Below, piece by piece: positions 12,775-26,527 of a DNA stretch of 64,000 nucleotides (position 1 is the stretch's first letter; the number at the start of each line of letters is the position of its first letter). A program made the position numbers and the translations under genes. The DNA lies in contig NC_043009.1 in NCBI RefSeq assembly GCF_006345805.1, positions 51,212,001 to 51,276,000 of the forward strand. The letters are read 5' to 3'. Source of the stretch: Octopus sinensis. Taxonomy: Eukaryota. The notes below the pieces were generated by a model, which ran no database searches, was not told where the DNA came from, and saw only the letters and a list, made by a program, of their open reading frames with translations.

Positions 12775-13205
12775 AAAATGCTGGAGTACCGACTTGAAAA
12801 GTTTTAGTCGAAACAAACCCACCCCATGACTTATTTTTTAAGCCTAGTTTTACTCTATCGATCTCTTTGGCCGAACCGCCATGTTACGGGGACGTAAACG
12901 AGCGGTGATGGGGGTACACACGCGTGCGCGCACACACAGACACAAACACACAGAGGCACACATATAAATAAATACATATATATATATGTGTATATATATA
13001 TTATATATATATATATATTATATATATATATATATATCTACGACGGGCTTGTTTCAGTTTCCCCCTACCGAATGCAATCACAAAGCGTTGGTCGGCCCGA
13101 GGCTGTTGAAGAGGATATCTGCCCGAGGTTCCACGCATTGTAACTGAACCAGGAACCATGTGTTTTGGAAACAAGCTTCTTACTACACAGCCACGCCTGC
13201 GCCTG
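12775..13205 (-). mobile_element. SINE type B
   Basis: Head ggcgcaggcgtggctgtgtagtaagaagc, internal microsatellite and tail as at 27052. Confidence 0.8.
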
Positions 13206-13559
13206 TATGTTTGTATGTACATAAATGTGCAATATCGATTTTCCGGTACTTTTGCTTCGAAATGATTTCCGGATTATTAGTTTTCCCTAACTAGTGCTGT
13301 GCATGTCGGTTAACATACTCCAAATTAAATAGATTATTAAGTTTACCAAAATAAGTCAACGAAGTACAGCTGCTAGTATGCTAGTATAAATTAGAGCGGA
13401 TTAATTGATGTTTTGGAGCATCAGTATCCGTAAAGACGGTGCTATAATACACACACACACACACATACACACACACTCACACACACATTCACACACGCGC
13501 GCACACACACACAATGTGGCAACTACATATGTGTGCTGTTGGCAGTTTCTTTTCCTTAG

Positions 13560-13634
13560 GAATTTTCCCTTCCTCCTATCCAACGAAAAGCTAGGCTCAA
13601 AACATCAAAAACTGTCTCTTTTTACCGAGCGTGA
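13560..13634 (+). CDS. Candidate terminal coding exon (EFSLPPIQRKARLKTSKTVSFYRA*), host gene unknown
   Basis: Strong acceptor tttcttttccttag|G, non-repetitive sequence, AATAAA at ~13886. No upstream exon identified. Confidence 0.2.
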   Translation, partial: EFSLPPIQRKARLKTSKTVSFYRA

Positions 13635-14107
13635 AACTAATACGTTCCTTGAGCACATCTTCTCGTGTGTTATTGTTAACTTTATTGTTCGTTTATTTGA
13701 ATTAGTTACATACATATGTAAGCATATAATGTGTGAGTGTGTGTGCGTGTATTTGCACACCTCAGAGAAGACTTCATAATTCAGAAAACGATGTATTTTT
13801 CATGCAGTATTAAATTATGGAGTATATAGAGTCAAAATATCAGTGGACGGTTTCATATAATGTTTCGCTAGTGTAAAGCGAGACAATAAATATGGCCATG
13901 CGATCGACAAGCCAAGAAGGAATCTATAGTTGGAAGAAAAAAAAAACTTAAAAGGAAAATGTGAAAATTAAGACAATATAAGTTTGGTATATTCCTCCCA
14001 GAATTATGCTATGACGAATTAAGCCATCACTGGAACTGTAAAAGTCTGTAAAACTTCCGTGAAGTTTATCACTTAAGTATATATGTGCATGTCTAGATAT
14101 GCAAGCA

Positions 14108-14343
14108 CAAGGTGCGGCAGAAAGGTTGCTCCGATTTCAAAGGTCAATAGAAAACAAACATGAAGATACAAGGAAAAACGAAGCTCTCCACACCAGACAC
14201 TGGTGGGTACTATCTAAAACAGAAAATATGACGTTAAATGGCATTAATTACAGTTTATAAAAATATAAAGTTTTTGCATGTGTCTTTACGTCTTTGTTTT
14301 TTATTAACCTCCGTAATCGGGCCAACCTTTCTGCTGCTCCCTG
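14108..14343. mobile_element. Tc1/mariner-type MITE
   Basis: ~55-bp imperfect TIRs (caaggtgcggcagaaaggttg vs caacctttctgctgctccctg), TA on the right; empty site visible in the paralogous segment at ~15170. Confidence 0.8.
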
Positions 14344-14569
14344 TATATGCATGAGAACACATACATAAAACAAAACAGACAAATACATAATGGCGTGAAT
14401 TGCATGTATATGTATATGAATGAAGAAGAGAAGGGGATTGAAGGGAAGAAGAGAATGAAAGGGAATGAGAAAGAGAGAGAAAGAGAGAGAGAAGTGGGAG
14501 AATGTAATTATAAGATGGCTGGAAGAAGGAGAACCATAGGGAGGAAGTACATACAGCACATAGGATAGC

Positions 14570-15739
14570 TACACATACATACATACATACATACATACAT
14601 ACATACATACATACATACATACATACATACACACACATACATACATACATGCATACATACAAACATACATACATACATACATACATACATACATGCCTAC
14701 GCATACATGCGTACATAGATGCGTACATGCGTACATACATACATACACACACACATACATACATACATGCATACATACAACATACATACATACATACATA
14801 CATACATACATACATACACATACATGCCTACTCATACATGCGTACATACATGCGTACATACATGCGTACATACATGCGTACATACATGCGTACATACATG
14901 CGTACATACATGCGCACATACATACATGCCTACTCATACATGCGTACATACATGCGTGCATACATGCGCACATACATACATGCCTACTCATACATGCGTA
15001 CATACATGCGTGCATACATGCGTACATGCATACATACAACATACATACGTACATACGTACATACATACTTTCGAAGACTACAGATCTAAGCCATTATTGG
15101 AACTATAAAAGTCTAAAACTTTCCAGAGGTTTATCATTCAAGTATATATCAGCATGTCTAGATATGCAACTATATGCATGAGAATACAAACATAAAACAA
15201 TATATAAAAATCTGCACATATACATACATACATACATACATACATACATGCATACATACATACATACATACATACATACATACATACATACATTCATACA
15301 TACATACATACATACATACATACATACATGCATACATACATACATACATACATACATACATACATACATACATACATGCATACATACATACATACATACA
15401 TACATACATACATGCATACATACATGCATACATACATACATACATGCATACATACATACATACATACATACATGCATACATACATACATACATGCATACA
15501 TACATACATACATACATACATACATACATTCATACATACATACATACATACATACATACATACATTCATACATACATACATACATACATACATACATACA
15601 TACATACATACATACATGCATTCATACATACATACATACATACATAATACATGCATACATACATACTACATACATACATACATACATACATACATACATA
15701 CATACATTACATACATACATACATACATACATACATGCA

Positions 15740-15770
<31 letters not shown>

Positions 15771-16100
15771 CATACATACATACATACATACCTTGTTATT
15801 GATGTTGAAATTCCAATGAAAACATCTTCAACCTTGATTCGAAACCGACTCCTTCTCTACTGGAACGAAATCTTGAAATAAAACTGAATAATGACATACA
15901 TATATACATACACACACACGTACATACATACATACATACATGCATACATACATACATGCACACATACATACATACATGCATACATACATACATACATGCT
16001 CACATACATACATGCACACATACATACATACATACATACATACATACATACGTACATACGTACATACATACGTACATACATACATACATACATACATTCA

Positions 16101-16134
<34 letters not shown>

Positions 16135-16190
16135 CATACATACATACATACATACATACATACATTCATACATACATACATACATACACA
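14570..16190. repeat. Interrupted (TACA)n tract, ~1.6 kb
   Basis: Direct reading. Confidence 0.95.
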
Positions 16191-16589
16191 CGTTTATGTT
16201 ATATCGTCAGGTTGTGTGTGCTCACGCAAGTACTTCCGTAGACGCCCAAAAGATCGTTAAGCTCACATTGCCAGTTTATCGCCTTATTGTAGACGTTTGA
16301 CTGTAGTTTCTGCTTCATCAATTATGCAAGCAACAGCAACGCCCTTCATGAAGGTTTATCATTATAATGCCATAAATACATGCTTATACGTACATGCATA
16401 CATACATACATGCATGCATACATACCTATACATACACACACGCTCACATACCCACATACGCACACACACATACACACACATATGTATATTAAAGGTGCGT
16501 AAGATATTTGAGGACAGATTTATGTTTTAAAAAACCCCAGATATTTAATAACAGATAACTTTATTTATCAAAAAGTGCTATAATATTAT

Positions 16590-17009
16590 TCAATAAAACT
16601 ACCTTCAGCTTCAAGAACTGCTTCTATATGAGATCTAAATCATCTACATGCTCAAATCAAGTGGTCCTGGTTCATTTTGGACATTACTCTGACTATGGCA
16701 GCTTTCAAAGAATCTTTGGTGTTATGGGCATATTCATTGACCTCTCTCTCAACAACACTCCACATGTAAATAGTCCAATGGATTGAGATCTGGGGAATTA
16801 AAAGGCCATATGTTAGGGGTGTTGTGATCATGAAAATTTTCAGCCATCCATTCCTGTATTACTAGAGCCATGTGTGATAGTGCAGAGTCTTACTGAAACA
16901 CACACGGCCTTCCATTGCATACACTGTCTATCCAGGGCTTAACAATTATTTCCAGGACCTCAATGTAGGCGGCAGAGTTAACTCTAAGGCCTTGTGGAAT
17001 GAAGTAAGC
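16590..17009 (-). pseudogene. Tc1/mariner DD37D (maT-like) transposase, decayed C-terminal half
   Basis: GLRVNSAAYIEVLE..KPWI..RPCVFQ*DSALSH..IWPFNSPDLNPLDY..IEAVLEAEGSFIE*. Confidence 0.85.
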
Positions 17010-17300
17010 TTATAGTTTCCCCCTTTTCACAACCATATAACATTTATCCTGACCAAATTCCAACCCTACATCCTTTGAGGACGTTATAACAAGGTCAAGA
17101 CACTTTTTCATCTCATGCATATTATTTGCATAGAGTTTCAAGTCATTCGCAAAGTAGCAGTTTGTTATTTTCGTATTTCTGTTTCCTTGTGAACCAGTGA
17201 GATATCCTTCAGACTTCTTTAACATGAATGACAAGGGGCTTACAGAAAGTATAAACATTACAGAGAGGCTGTCCCTTTGGAATATGCCTTTGCGATACTG
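17010..17300 (-). pseudogene. Non-LTR retrotransposon RT fragment, R4/Dong-like
   Basis: KGIFQRDSLS..LSVSPLS..GY..YFANDLKLYA..KDVGLEFGQDKC (decayed GIFQGD / YMDDLKLY / FGLDKC motifs). Confidence 0.8.
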
Positions 17301-17939
17301 TAATCTATTAGTAATAATATATAATGTATGTATGTATGTTTGTATGCATGTATGTATGCAAGTATGTATGTATGTATTATGTATGTATGTATGTATGTAT
17401 GTATGTATGTATGTATGTATGTATGTATATATATATATATATATATATGCACGTATGCGTTATCAGGTCTGTTTGTAGATGCAGAACCCATTTTTACAGT
17501 GAGTCCTTTCCTAACTTAAGATGGTACTATGTGATGGTTTTAGGAAAACTTGGCTGCTTTATCTAACACGTCAATTGCCCGTCGAGAGACCTTTTTTGTT
17601 TTTTGTTAGCTTCAAATAAACTCAGTTTTGTATGTTTCCAGATCAGTTGTAATCGAAGTTAAATTGGAGTAAAATGATGAATCTCAGGTTTCTACGTTAT
17701 TCTACGTAACCTAGTGAAAAGCATTCGATCAAAATTACCTTGTTCTTAGATACGCCAAAAATGTTTAGCCTTTCATCTTGCTAGGTGTCGATGAAAACGA
17801 AACGTAGCGATAATAACGCGGATCTTGTAAATTCTGCACTATATATTGCAAATATATTAAAAATTTGTGCTGAAATTTTACGCCGGGATATCATTTTCTG
17901 GGTGGAGTATTTATTTACAATATACTGTCAATTTAACTG

Positions 17940-18262
17940 AATGAGTGTGGCTTAGCTGTTAGGGTATTCGCCTTATGATTGTGAGGTCATGAGTTCATTT
18001 CCAGCGGCTTGATGTGTCAACTAGAGTAAAGCACTTTATTTCACGTTGCTCCGGTCCACTCAGCTGGCAAACATGAGTAGTACCTGTAATTTCAAAGGGT
18101 CAGCCTTGTCACATTCTGTGTCACGCTGAATCTCCCTGTGAACTACGTTAAGAGTACATGTGTCTGTGGAGTGCTCAGCCACTTGCACGTTAAATTTCAC
18201 GAGTAGGCTGTTCCGTTGATCGCATCAACTGGAACCCACGTCGTCGTAGTCGACGGAATGTC
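17940..18262 (+). mobile_element. SINE type C
   Basis: Collinear with the copy at 51058-51378. Confidence 0.85.
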
Positions 18263-18767
18263 AGTTTTATTTTATTTTTTTCTCTATATAAAAGTAATTG
18301 CGCTATTTCAAATAAAATTTCAATTAGATGGTGCTTGTACATAATTCTCATAACTTTTGTTCGGCGATATGACGTGAACGTTTTCAACGGAGGAAATACG
18401 TATTACTGAAAACAATACTACGTTAGACTGACAACACTTCATTAAGACTTTATTGATTGGAGTTTTTGATTGACCGCTACCAACAACCGATATGCTCAGT
18501 AAAAGGCTTTTTAAGGAAGTTGTGTTATACGAAAGTTTATCCTCCGCGTTTAGAAGTACAAATGGATGATTAACTAAAACAATGGCGTTTTTACGCCGAA
18601 ACATCACCATGCGTAAGAATTATTTGTTTACAATAAGTATTTTAATTAAAAATTAATGTATTTGGTGACTTTCTACTATTTCTACTTTTCCTAATTAAAG
18701 TAACACACACACACACACACGCACGCACACACACACATACACACACACACACAACACACACACACAC

Positions 18768-18824
<57 letters not shown>

Positions 18825-19591
18825 TTCGACACCTTATGTATATACTAAAAACAGATTGTATTACCAGCGGGATCGCAGCTTCGTTGGATATCCAAAATTT
18901 CTGGATATCCGATCACGGCTATTTAAATTAACATAACACCTTATAAAACTCATTAAAAACTCTATCCATAGATCAGTTGTATCATTCATATTCTGAATTT
19001 TTTTTAAATGAGAGAAATACGAAGAAATATAAGCGAAATATTAATAAAGACCAAGTTGAATGTAAATGCAGTAAAGGAAGATAAAATTACTGCACTTTAA
19101 AGCACAGCGATCCATTTTAGATAGAATAGCAACCTTCTTTTAATGACAATTAATTAAAGCAAATTAATAGAAATTCTCTTTACTTTAATTAACATTTCTA
19201 CCTGAAGACATTATTATAGATGGGTTTTTGCTTTCCGAGAAAATTTACCAAAGTAACGGAGTACGGATAATCTGTAAATGAGACACTTGAACGACTGAAT
19301 ATAGCGACTGACTGCTACCGACACGTGATGGTCGGTGTTAAAACCACAATTCGACTCCAAATTTGAATCAGCGTTCGCACGGAAATTATCATCTCTATTA
19401 TGCCTTTATTCATTGTTTTTCTGTGTGATGGTTATTTGAGAATTCAGCTTAAAAGATATGAGGGACTTTACTATGTAAAACTAAGATATAGAGGGTGTCT
19501 GATATTACATACAAAAAACATTTGGTTATGTTCCTCCATGTTATGCATTCCATTCTAGCAACACCCTCTTTTTTGTCTCACCTCTGTGAAA

Positions 19592-19982
19592 TCTCTCTCT
19601 ATATAAAGCTGAAGTTGTCTGTGCATGGCAGGTTTTGTAGCCTTCAACTAACACTATCTCCTCCGAGACCCTGCGGCGCAAGTTGACCAAAATTCAGAGT
19701 ATGATAGAAGAAGACTTGTTCTTCCTTCCGTAGAAGAAGATATTCAAATCGGACCATGTTAACACCAAAACTTATTTACATCAAAAAGGTGCTTTTTTTC
19801 TATGAAAATCCCTATTTTTTACGATTTTTTACTGCTGTGTCGCCATTTTTCGGTGTATTTCAACCAGAACAACGTTCACTTAAAAAGAATAACAAACTAC
19901 ATAATTCAAAATTTTTACTTTTCAAAAATTCCAATTCTAAAGGGTCGTAACAAACCTGAGCAACGCCGGGCGACACTGCTAG
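19592..19982 (+). mobile_element. Complete non-autonomous Helitron (~390 bp)
   Basis: a|TCtctctctatataaa ... imperfect hairpin cctgagcaacgccggg, then cgacactgCTAG|t; inserted at an A-T dinucleotide. Confidence 0.85.
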
Positions 19983-20357
19983 TAGAGAATAAAATGTGAC
20001 ACTTCGGTGGCCACTTCGGTAGACATGATAGATTACAAACCTCAAATGAAGAGTCCATAGAATGGCTGTACAATATTGACCGACTTAAACTGCTCATCTC
20101 ACCGCCACTCATTAGTATAGTAACGACCTTATTCTGATGTATATTTAAGTTTGTATAATACATCCAATGGTTATGATGGACTTGGTTTCTCTAATTGCTT
20201 TGCATACCACGATGTAAACAAATAACTTACTTGGATTTAGATAAATCTTGATATCTTGATTTTAAACCGATTTCCAGTGTCACACGATGTGCAGCCATCG
20301 CCATTTTATTAATTGGCGAGCAATCTTACACGCGGACAGAGAGAAAAAAAACACAGC

Positions 20358-20416
<59 letters not shown>

Positions 20417-20472
20417 GCCTATCTGCCTATCTGTCTGTCTGTCTGTCTGTCTATATATCTATCTATCTATTA

Positions 20473-20534
<62 letters not shown>

Positions 20535-20549
20535 GTCTCTATTTATCTA

Positions 20550-20855
20550 TCTATTCAGCTCATAATCGTAAGGTCGTAAGTTCAATTCCCGGCGACGCGT
20601 TGTGTCCTTGAGCAAGACACTTTAATTCACGTTGCTGGCAAAAAATCCACTCACCTGGCAAAAAATGCGTAGTACCTTTAATTCAAATGGGCCAACCTTG
20701 TCACATTGTGTGTCATGCTGAAATTCCCTGAGAACTACCTGATGGATACACGTTATTTGTGGAGTGCTCAGACACTTGCTCGTTAATTTCACGAGCAAGC
20801 TGTTCCGTTGATCGCATAAGCTGGGACCCCGCTCGTCGTCGTAACCGACGGAATG
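20550..20855 (+). mobile_element. SINE type C, 5'-truncated
   Basis: Collinear with 51058-51378. Confidence 0.85.
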
Positions 20856-20922
20856 CTTCTGTATATATATATATATATTATATATATATTATTATATATA
20901 TATATATTATATATATATATAT

Positions 20923-20954
<32 letters not shown>

Positions 20955-21527
20955 AACATGTATGTATGTATATGCTGATATATGTATGTATATGTATATA
21001 TACACATACATACATGCATATATATATATACATGTGTATGCATGCTTTATGTCGATTTTTAATGTGTTGCTTTTATTTATGTACGATTATCGAGTTTAGT
21101 TAATGCAATTGCGTAGAATTTCGTTCGTAACTTTGTCCAAATGTGTGTGTGTGTGGAGTTGTAAGTAGTTGAGCGGGCAGACACACTAACAGACAGGCAG
21201 ATGAACTGACAATTCAGTCAGGAACATGCTTGAAATCACTAACGACTGTTACGAATTCATTTCTGATCAGTTGAATGTGCGCATAGCAGGCTACACACAA
21301 TACACGCGGGCCGAGAACTGCAAGAAAATGCATTGCAGCAGCAGCAGCAGCAGAAGAAGAAGAAGAAGAAAAGAAGAAGAAGAAGATGATGATGAAGATG
21401 TGCATAATGTGGAGGAAGAGGAAGAGGTGTATAATGATGCAGCAAAAGAGAAAAGGACGGATTTGAACAGAAAGCAATAAACCAGTGTGTGTGTAAATGT
21501 ATGCATACAAATATATATGTGTATAAA

Positions 21528-21625
<98 letters not shown>

Positions 21626-23480
21626 CATACATACAAAGATATATGTATGTGTATGTGTGCGCGTGTGTGTGTGTGTGCGCGTGTGTGTGTATGTATGTGC
21701 GTGTGCGTGTGTGTGCGTGCGTACGTAGTGAACAGGGTGTATGATCAATTATGGGAAGCAAGGGTGATGAAAGTATGCAACAACACGTGTGATGAAGTTA
21801 ACGGAAAAGTCGTGTTAGACATGTCTGTTGGTGAGGTGTGGGCTTTGGTAGAGTGGTGAGGTGCAGCGCGAGATAGAGATATGCGTTCGAGCGTTAGGTT
21901 GGCAGGGGTAAACGGGACTCAACATCCCCCTTTTTTTAAGCCAGTCAGACCCAACTCTACTCACATACTAGCATACCAATCCACCTACGTACTTACGCAC
22001 CTACTACTACTACTACCCTCGGAATTTCTGGTTCTGAAACTACACCCTTCCACCATTGCCACTGCTCCTACCACCACCACTACTCTTACCACTACCACTA
22101 CCACTACCAGGCTTTCTTCATCGTGTCTCGTTTGACGTGGATTAACAATGGAGTTCACGAAATATTAACCAAAGCTTGCACGTCGAGTTGTTTGCAGCTC
22201 AGCATAGCTCCCCTCAATATGGCCGCCATCATTGCGGTTGGGGTCTTTAACACCACCATCGTCATCACTAACTTACAACATAACTATAACTACCACTGCT
22301 AACACAAGCGCCGACACCACTATGAATACTACGTACATCTCCAAAACCGCCATATTAAACAGTTTAACTGTTATCACTAAAATTCCCATCGCCACCACTC
22401 TCATTCCCGTCAATTCCACCACTGCAGCCCCCACCGCTGCCGCCAACCATACCACTGTCACTACCAAAACTAACGCCTGATACACGCACGCAAACACACA
22501 CACACACACAACCGTTGATAGTGTTCCCGCTGCCACGCTTGCCTTGCGTCCGCCATCGCTGCCACTGTTTCGTATGCTGCTGCCGTATCTGTCGCCAACA
22601 CCGTCGCTCACCACCATTACAACCACGATCAAGATCTACAATAGTATCGCCCACCATTGTCGTCCATTGCTAACTCAACCAATTTATCACCACCATTAGC
22701 ACCGCCTCCAAAAAATCGTTAACATCACAAGCAGCAACTCTATCACCACCACCACCACCACCACCAACCACTACCATCACCACCACCACTAGCATTGCGA
22801 TCAACACCACCGTCAACACGAAAAACCTCAATTGTGAAAACCGCTCGCACAAAACCCATTAGCTCTGCGATCGGTACCAAAGACACAACTACCAATGTAA
22901 TACCAAACATGCCGGCCACTCCAAGCGCAATACTAATACCATACCCTGTGGTGGTGGTGGTGGTGATGATGATGATGGCGGTGGTAGTAGTAGTGGTCGT
23001 AGTGGTGGTGGTGGTGGTGGTAATGATGATGATGATGATGATGATGAGGACGATGACGATGATGATCATGATGATGCTGGGGCTAGCCACTTCCACTAGA
23101 TCCGCTGAAAAAGAGTGAATTCATCCGTAGTGATAATTACAAATAAATCATATTCAATCTGCCCAACCCCCGCCTCACCTACACACACTTACAAACATAT
23201 TTTCTGCTGTCTTTCTGTTTCCTACCAATGTGAAACTCGCAAATGCAAATTCGATGATCCAGTATTCTTCACTTCTTGAGATGTTATGATCAACGTTTAC
23301 ATTTGTTGCTATTTCAGTTCAATCATTGTTACAAATCAGGGTAGAATCGATCATGCATTCTTGGTCATCACCAAAGTGTAGAAAGAGATCATACAGTCTG
23401 TCCTTCCACATCTGTAGTATTTGGGCCTCTTGTCTTTCGTCATCAATTGAACCATCATCGTACTCCTCAAACATATACTC

Positions 23481-23525
<45 letters not shown>

Positions 23526-23559
23526 GTATAAATATGTGTGTGTATGTATGCATGGATGT

Positions 23560-24409
23560 GTGCCTGCTCTCTCTGTCCTTCTCTATACATCGGTCAAACG
23601 GGACACCGCTTCGCTGACCGGTTTGAGGAACACCCCCAAGACATTCGACTCGGCAACGACACCATGTTCTCGCGCCATTTCCGCTCTACCGGTCACTTTT
23701 TACAACACCTGTGTGTGTTCGGATTGTCCTTTCACAGGGGCCATCCGGATTCCCATCTTCGTTGTGAGCAGGGATTAATCTTGTCTCTTCGCTTCTTTGC
23801 GTCACATGGGCTCAACTATCCTGCCCTCTTCATTTAACCGTCCTCTTCTCTCCTCTCTTACTCTCACACTTACTTCCTCCCACCCACCTCTCCTCTCTTG
23901 CTCTGGCACCTACTTCCTCTCTTCACTCTTATCCACCTTCTCCCGTCTACCCTCTCCCTTCATCGTCACCCCTCCCTCCTTACTCCATCCCTACACATTC
24001 CAACCTACCATCCCTATACATTCCACTGACCAATTCCCAGCACAATCGCCACCATCCACACACCTACACATGCACACACGTCAATGTCACCAGCCCCCTT
24101 CCATACGCACATACACGCTCTCACATACACTCGCAGGCTCACCTTCGTTTTGGGATCACCACTACTTTATTATCTCACCTTCTTCTAAGCTCTCCTGTGT
24201 GACCCCTCTCTTCGGCATTCGCCATGGTAGATCGCTAGCAACTAAAGATTTCTCTGTTTTCTCTCCCTGCTTATTTTTGTGTTCCTTTCTGTAGAAGAGC
24301 GTAGGCTCGAAACTAATAGACTTTCTCACTTCCCGAGCACTAAAGTAATACATCTGTTTGTTGTTTAGACACTCGTCTTCGTCTTTTGTATTTTTTGTAA
24401 ATTCTCAAT

Positions 24410-24410
<1 letters not shown>
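23560..24410 (+). mobile_element. Penelope-like element 3' portion: GIY-YIG coding end, CT-rich spacer, terminal repeat
   Basis: CSLCPSLYIGQTGHRFADRFEEH..SRHF..GH..L.VFGL..E..LI..L...HGLN (stop at 23837); the terminal repeat matches 7888-8092; microsatellites on both flanks. Confidence 0.85.
24284..24321 (+). ncRNA. Minimal hammerhead motif, core CUGUAGA (A6U), one-base deletion in stem III
   Basis: cttt-CTGTAGA-a-GAGC gtag GCTC-GAAAC-TA-atagac. Confidence 0.55.
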
Positions 24411-24459
<49 letters not shown>

Positions 24460-24893
24460 CATACACACATACATGTACACAGACTCACAAACAGACGCAC
24501 ATTCATGTTCCTGCATACACAGAAATACTTAAATATACAAATATATATATACATACATACACACATACTCATATATATGCATACACACACATATATGCAT
24601 AATAATATATTATATTTATATGTATATGCATGTACGTGTGTCTCTGTGTGTCTTTGTGTTTGCATATGTATGTGTATGCGTGTGTATATTTATGTGTGTG
24701 TGTGTTTGTGTGTGTGTGTGCTGGTGTATTAGATTGTATATTTGCGAAAGGAAAATTCTGTTACCCGCCCAAACGGCCTGAAGCTTCCAATTTTAGAATC
24801 AATTAGAAAGCAAATCACAAAAATACATTATATGGAAATATTTATTGATCCAGTTTGAATACAATAAAGACTTCAGCTCCCATACCCTAACCT

Positions 24894-24938
<45 letters not shown>

Positions 24939-25147
24939 ACACACACACAACACACATAACACACATATACATATATAAGAATACATATATATGTATACAC
25001 ATACACGCACACACTCATATAATGTATATATACATATACATGTATATATACACTCGTTCTGACACATCTACATACTATGCAAATATATACACATAAGCAC
25101 AAATACGCGTATGTGTGTTTAGCTAGGTAAGTTCATACATATATATA

Positions 25148-25430
25148 TTCTTTTCTTTTATTTGGTTCAGTCATCTGACTGCGGCCATGCTGGAGCACCA
25201 CCATTAGTCGAAAAAATCGACCCAGGTCTTATTCTTTATAAGCCTAGTACTTATTCTATCAGTCTCTTTTTCCGAACAGCTAAGTGACGGGGACGTAAAC
25301 ACACCAGCATCGCTTGTCAAGCTATGTTGGAGGAACAAACACACATATACATTATATATATACGACAGGCTTCTTTCAGTTTCCAGCTACTAAATCCACT
25401 CAAGCTTTGGTCGGCCTGAGACTATAGCAA
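25148..25430 (-). mobile_element. SINE type B, 5'-truncated
   Basis: Matches 27052-27460. Confidence 0.85.
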
Positions 25431-25431
25431 A

Positions 25432-26100
25432 ATTCTTTAGCGACGGAATCTCTTCCTGAACTCTCTGAAAACCATGATAAAGTTCTCTCTGTTGGCCACC
25501 TGTTCAGAGAGAATTCAGTGGGTGCCTATGATGCCCTTACTGTCGAAAAGGGAATCATCATGAGCTTCCCAGTGGACTTGCTTTACCTGGCATTCTTGTG
25601 TCTGGGGCAGTCAGGATGCCTCCATGTCTCTTCGTCTCAGGGTTTTAAATATAGATCCAACTTTCGTCACTGGACATCAAAGACTGAAGTACTTTTGGAT
25701 TACGGATAATGTACCAAATCGTCTCCCTGCTATCACTAACGCGTCTTTCCCTCTACTGGCCTCTGAGTACCCATGTTCAGACCCTCATAAATAATTCCAT
25801 GAAAAGTTGACACATCAATTCGAAACTGCTTGTATGCTGTCTTTATGGACACACAACGGTCTTCATCCAGAAGCTTGCAAATTTTATTAATCAGCTCAGA
25901 TGTTCTCACGTCCCTCTCCTTGCCATATTCGTCATCGTCTTTCACCTCCTCTTTGCCAACTTTGACTCTTTTGTGCCAGCGGAAAGCAGATGATCGATTC
26001 ATACTGGTTAATCGGTTAACACAAAACTTTATGGCATGACAAGCTTCCAAATTTTGCTCAAGTTCCAACGGCATTCTGCAAACTAGTCAGCTGCGCAAAA
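25432..26100 (-). pseudogene. Mariner transposase, decayed
   Basis: HAIKFC..SMNRSSAFRWHKR.K.GKEEVKDD..LLDEDRCVSI..GIIYEGLNM; downstream SKSTGKLMMIPF. Confidence 0.8.
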
Positions 26101-26219
26101 CAGTGTTAGGCAGGTGTGTTCAAGGTGCAGCTACATCTATCTCCATCAATCTGCAATAACAAAAGTTGGCAGCTCAGCTTATTCAATGCATATTAATGAT
26201 ATACTAATATTACAACCAT

Positions 26220-26527
26220 AGAGGCGCAATGGCCCAGTGGTTAGGTCAGCGGACTCGCGGTAGGATGATCGCGGTTTCGATTCCAAGACTGGGCGTTGTG
26301 TGTGTTTATTGAGCGAAGACACCTAAAGCTCCACGAGGCTCCGAAAGGGGGTGAGGGTGGCGACCCCTGTTGTACTCTTTCGCCCCAACTTTCTCTCGCT
26401 CTTTCTTCCTGTTTCTTGAGTAACGCTGCGATGGACTGGCGTCCCGTCCAGGCGGGGGGAACACATACTCCATAGAAACCGAGAAAACGGGCCCATGAGC
26501 CTGGCTAAGCTTGAAAAGGGCGCATAT
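26220..26527 (+). mobile_element. SINE type D, full length
   Basis: tRNA head gaggcgcaatggcccagtggttagg..ggtttcgattcc; tail gcgatggactggcgtcccgtccagg; near-TSD aatattacaa(c/t)cat. Confidence 0.9.

Noticed and set aside
587-16300. Many long ORFs such as [24 protein letters not shown] (also later in the window)
   Set aside because: Translations of (TATC)n, (TATG)n and (TA)n tracts that lack stop codons by composition.
18320-18618. 96-aa minus-strand ORF, and a plus-strand ATG..GTAAGA mini-exon (MAFLRRNITM)
   Set aside because: No homology or compatible downstream exon found; consistent with chance.
26220-26295. tRNA gene (also ~51300-51378 and 60880-60940)
   Set aside because: These are tRNA-derived SINE heads continuing into SINE bodies with TSDs.
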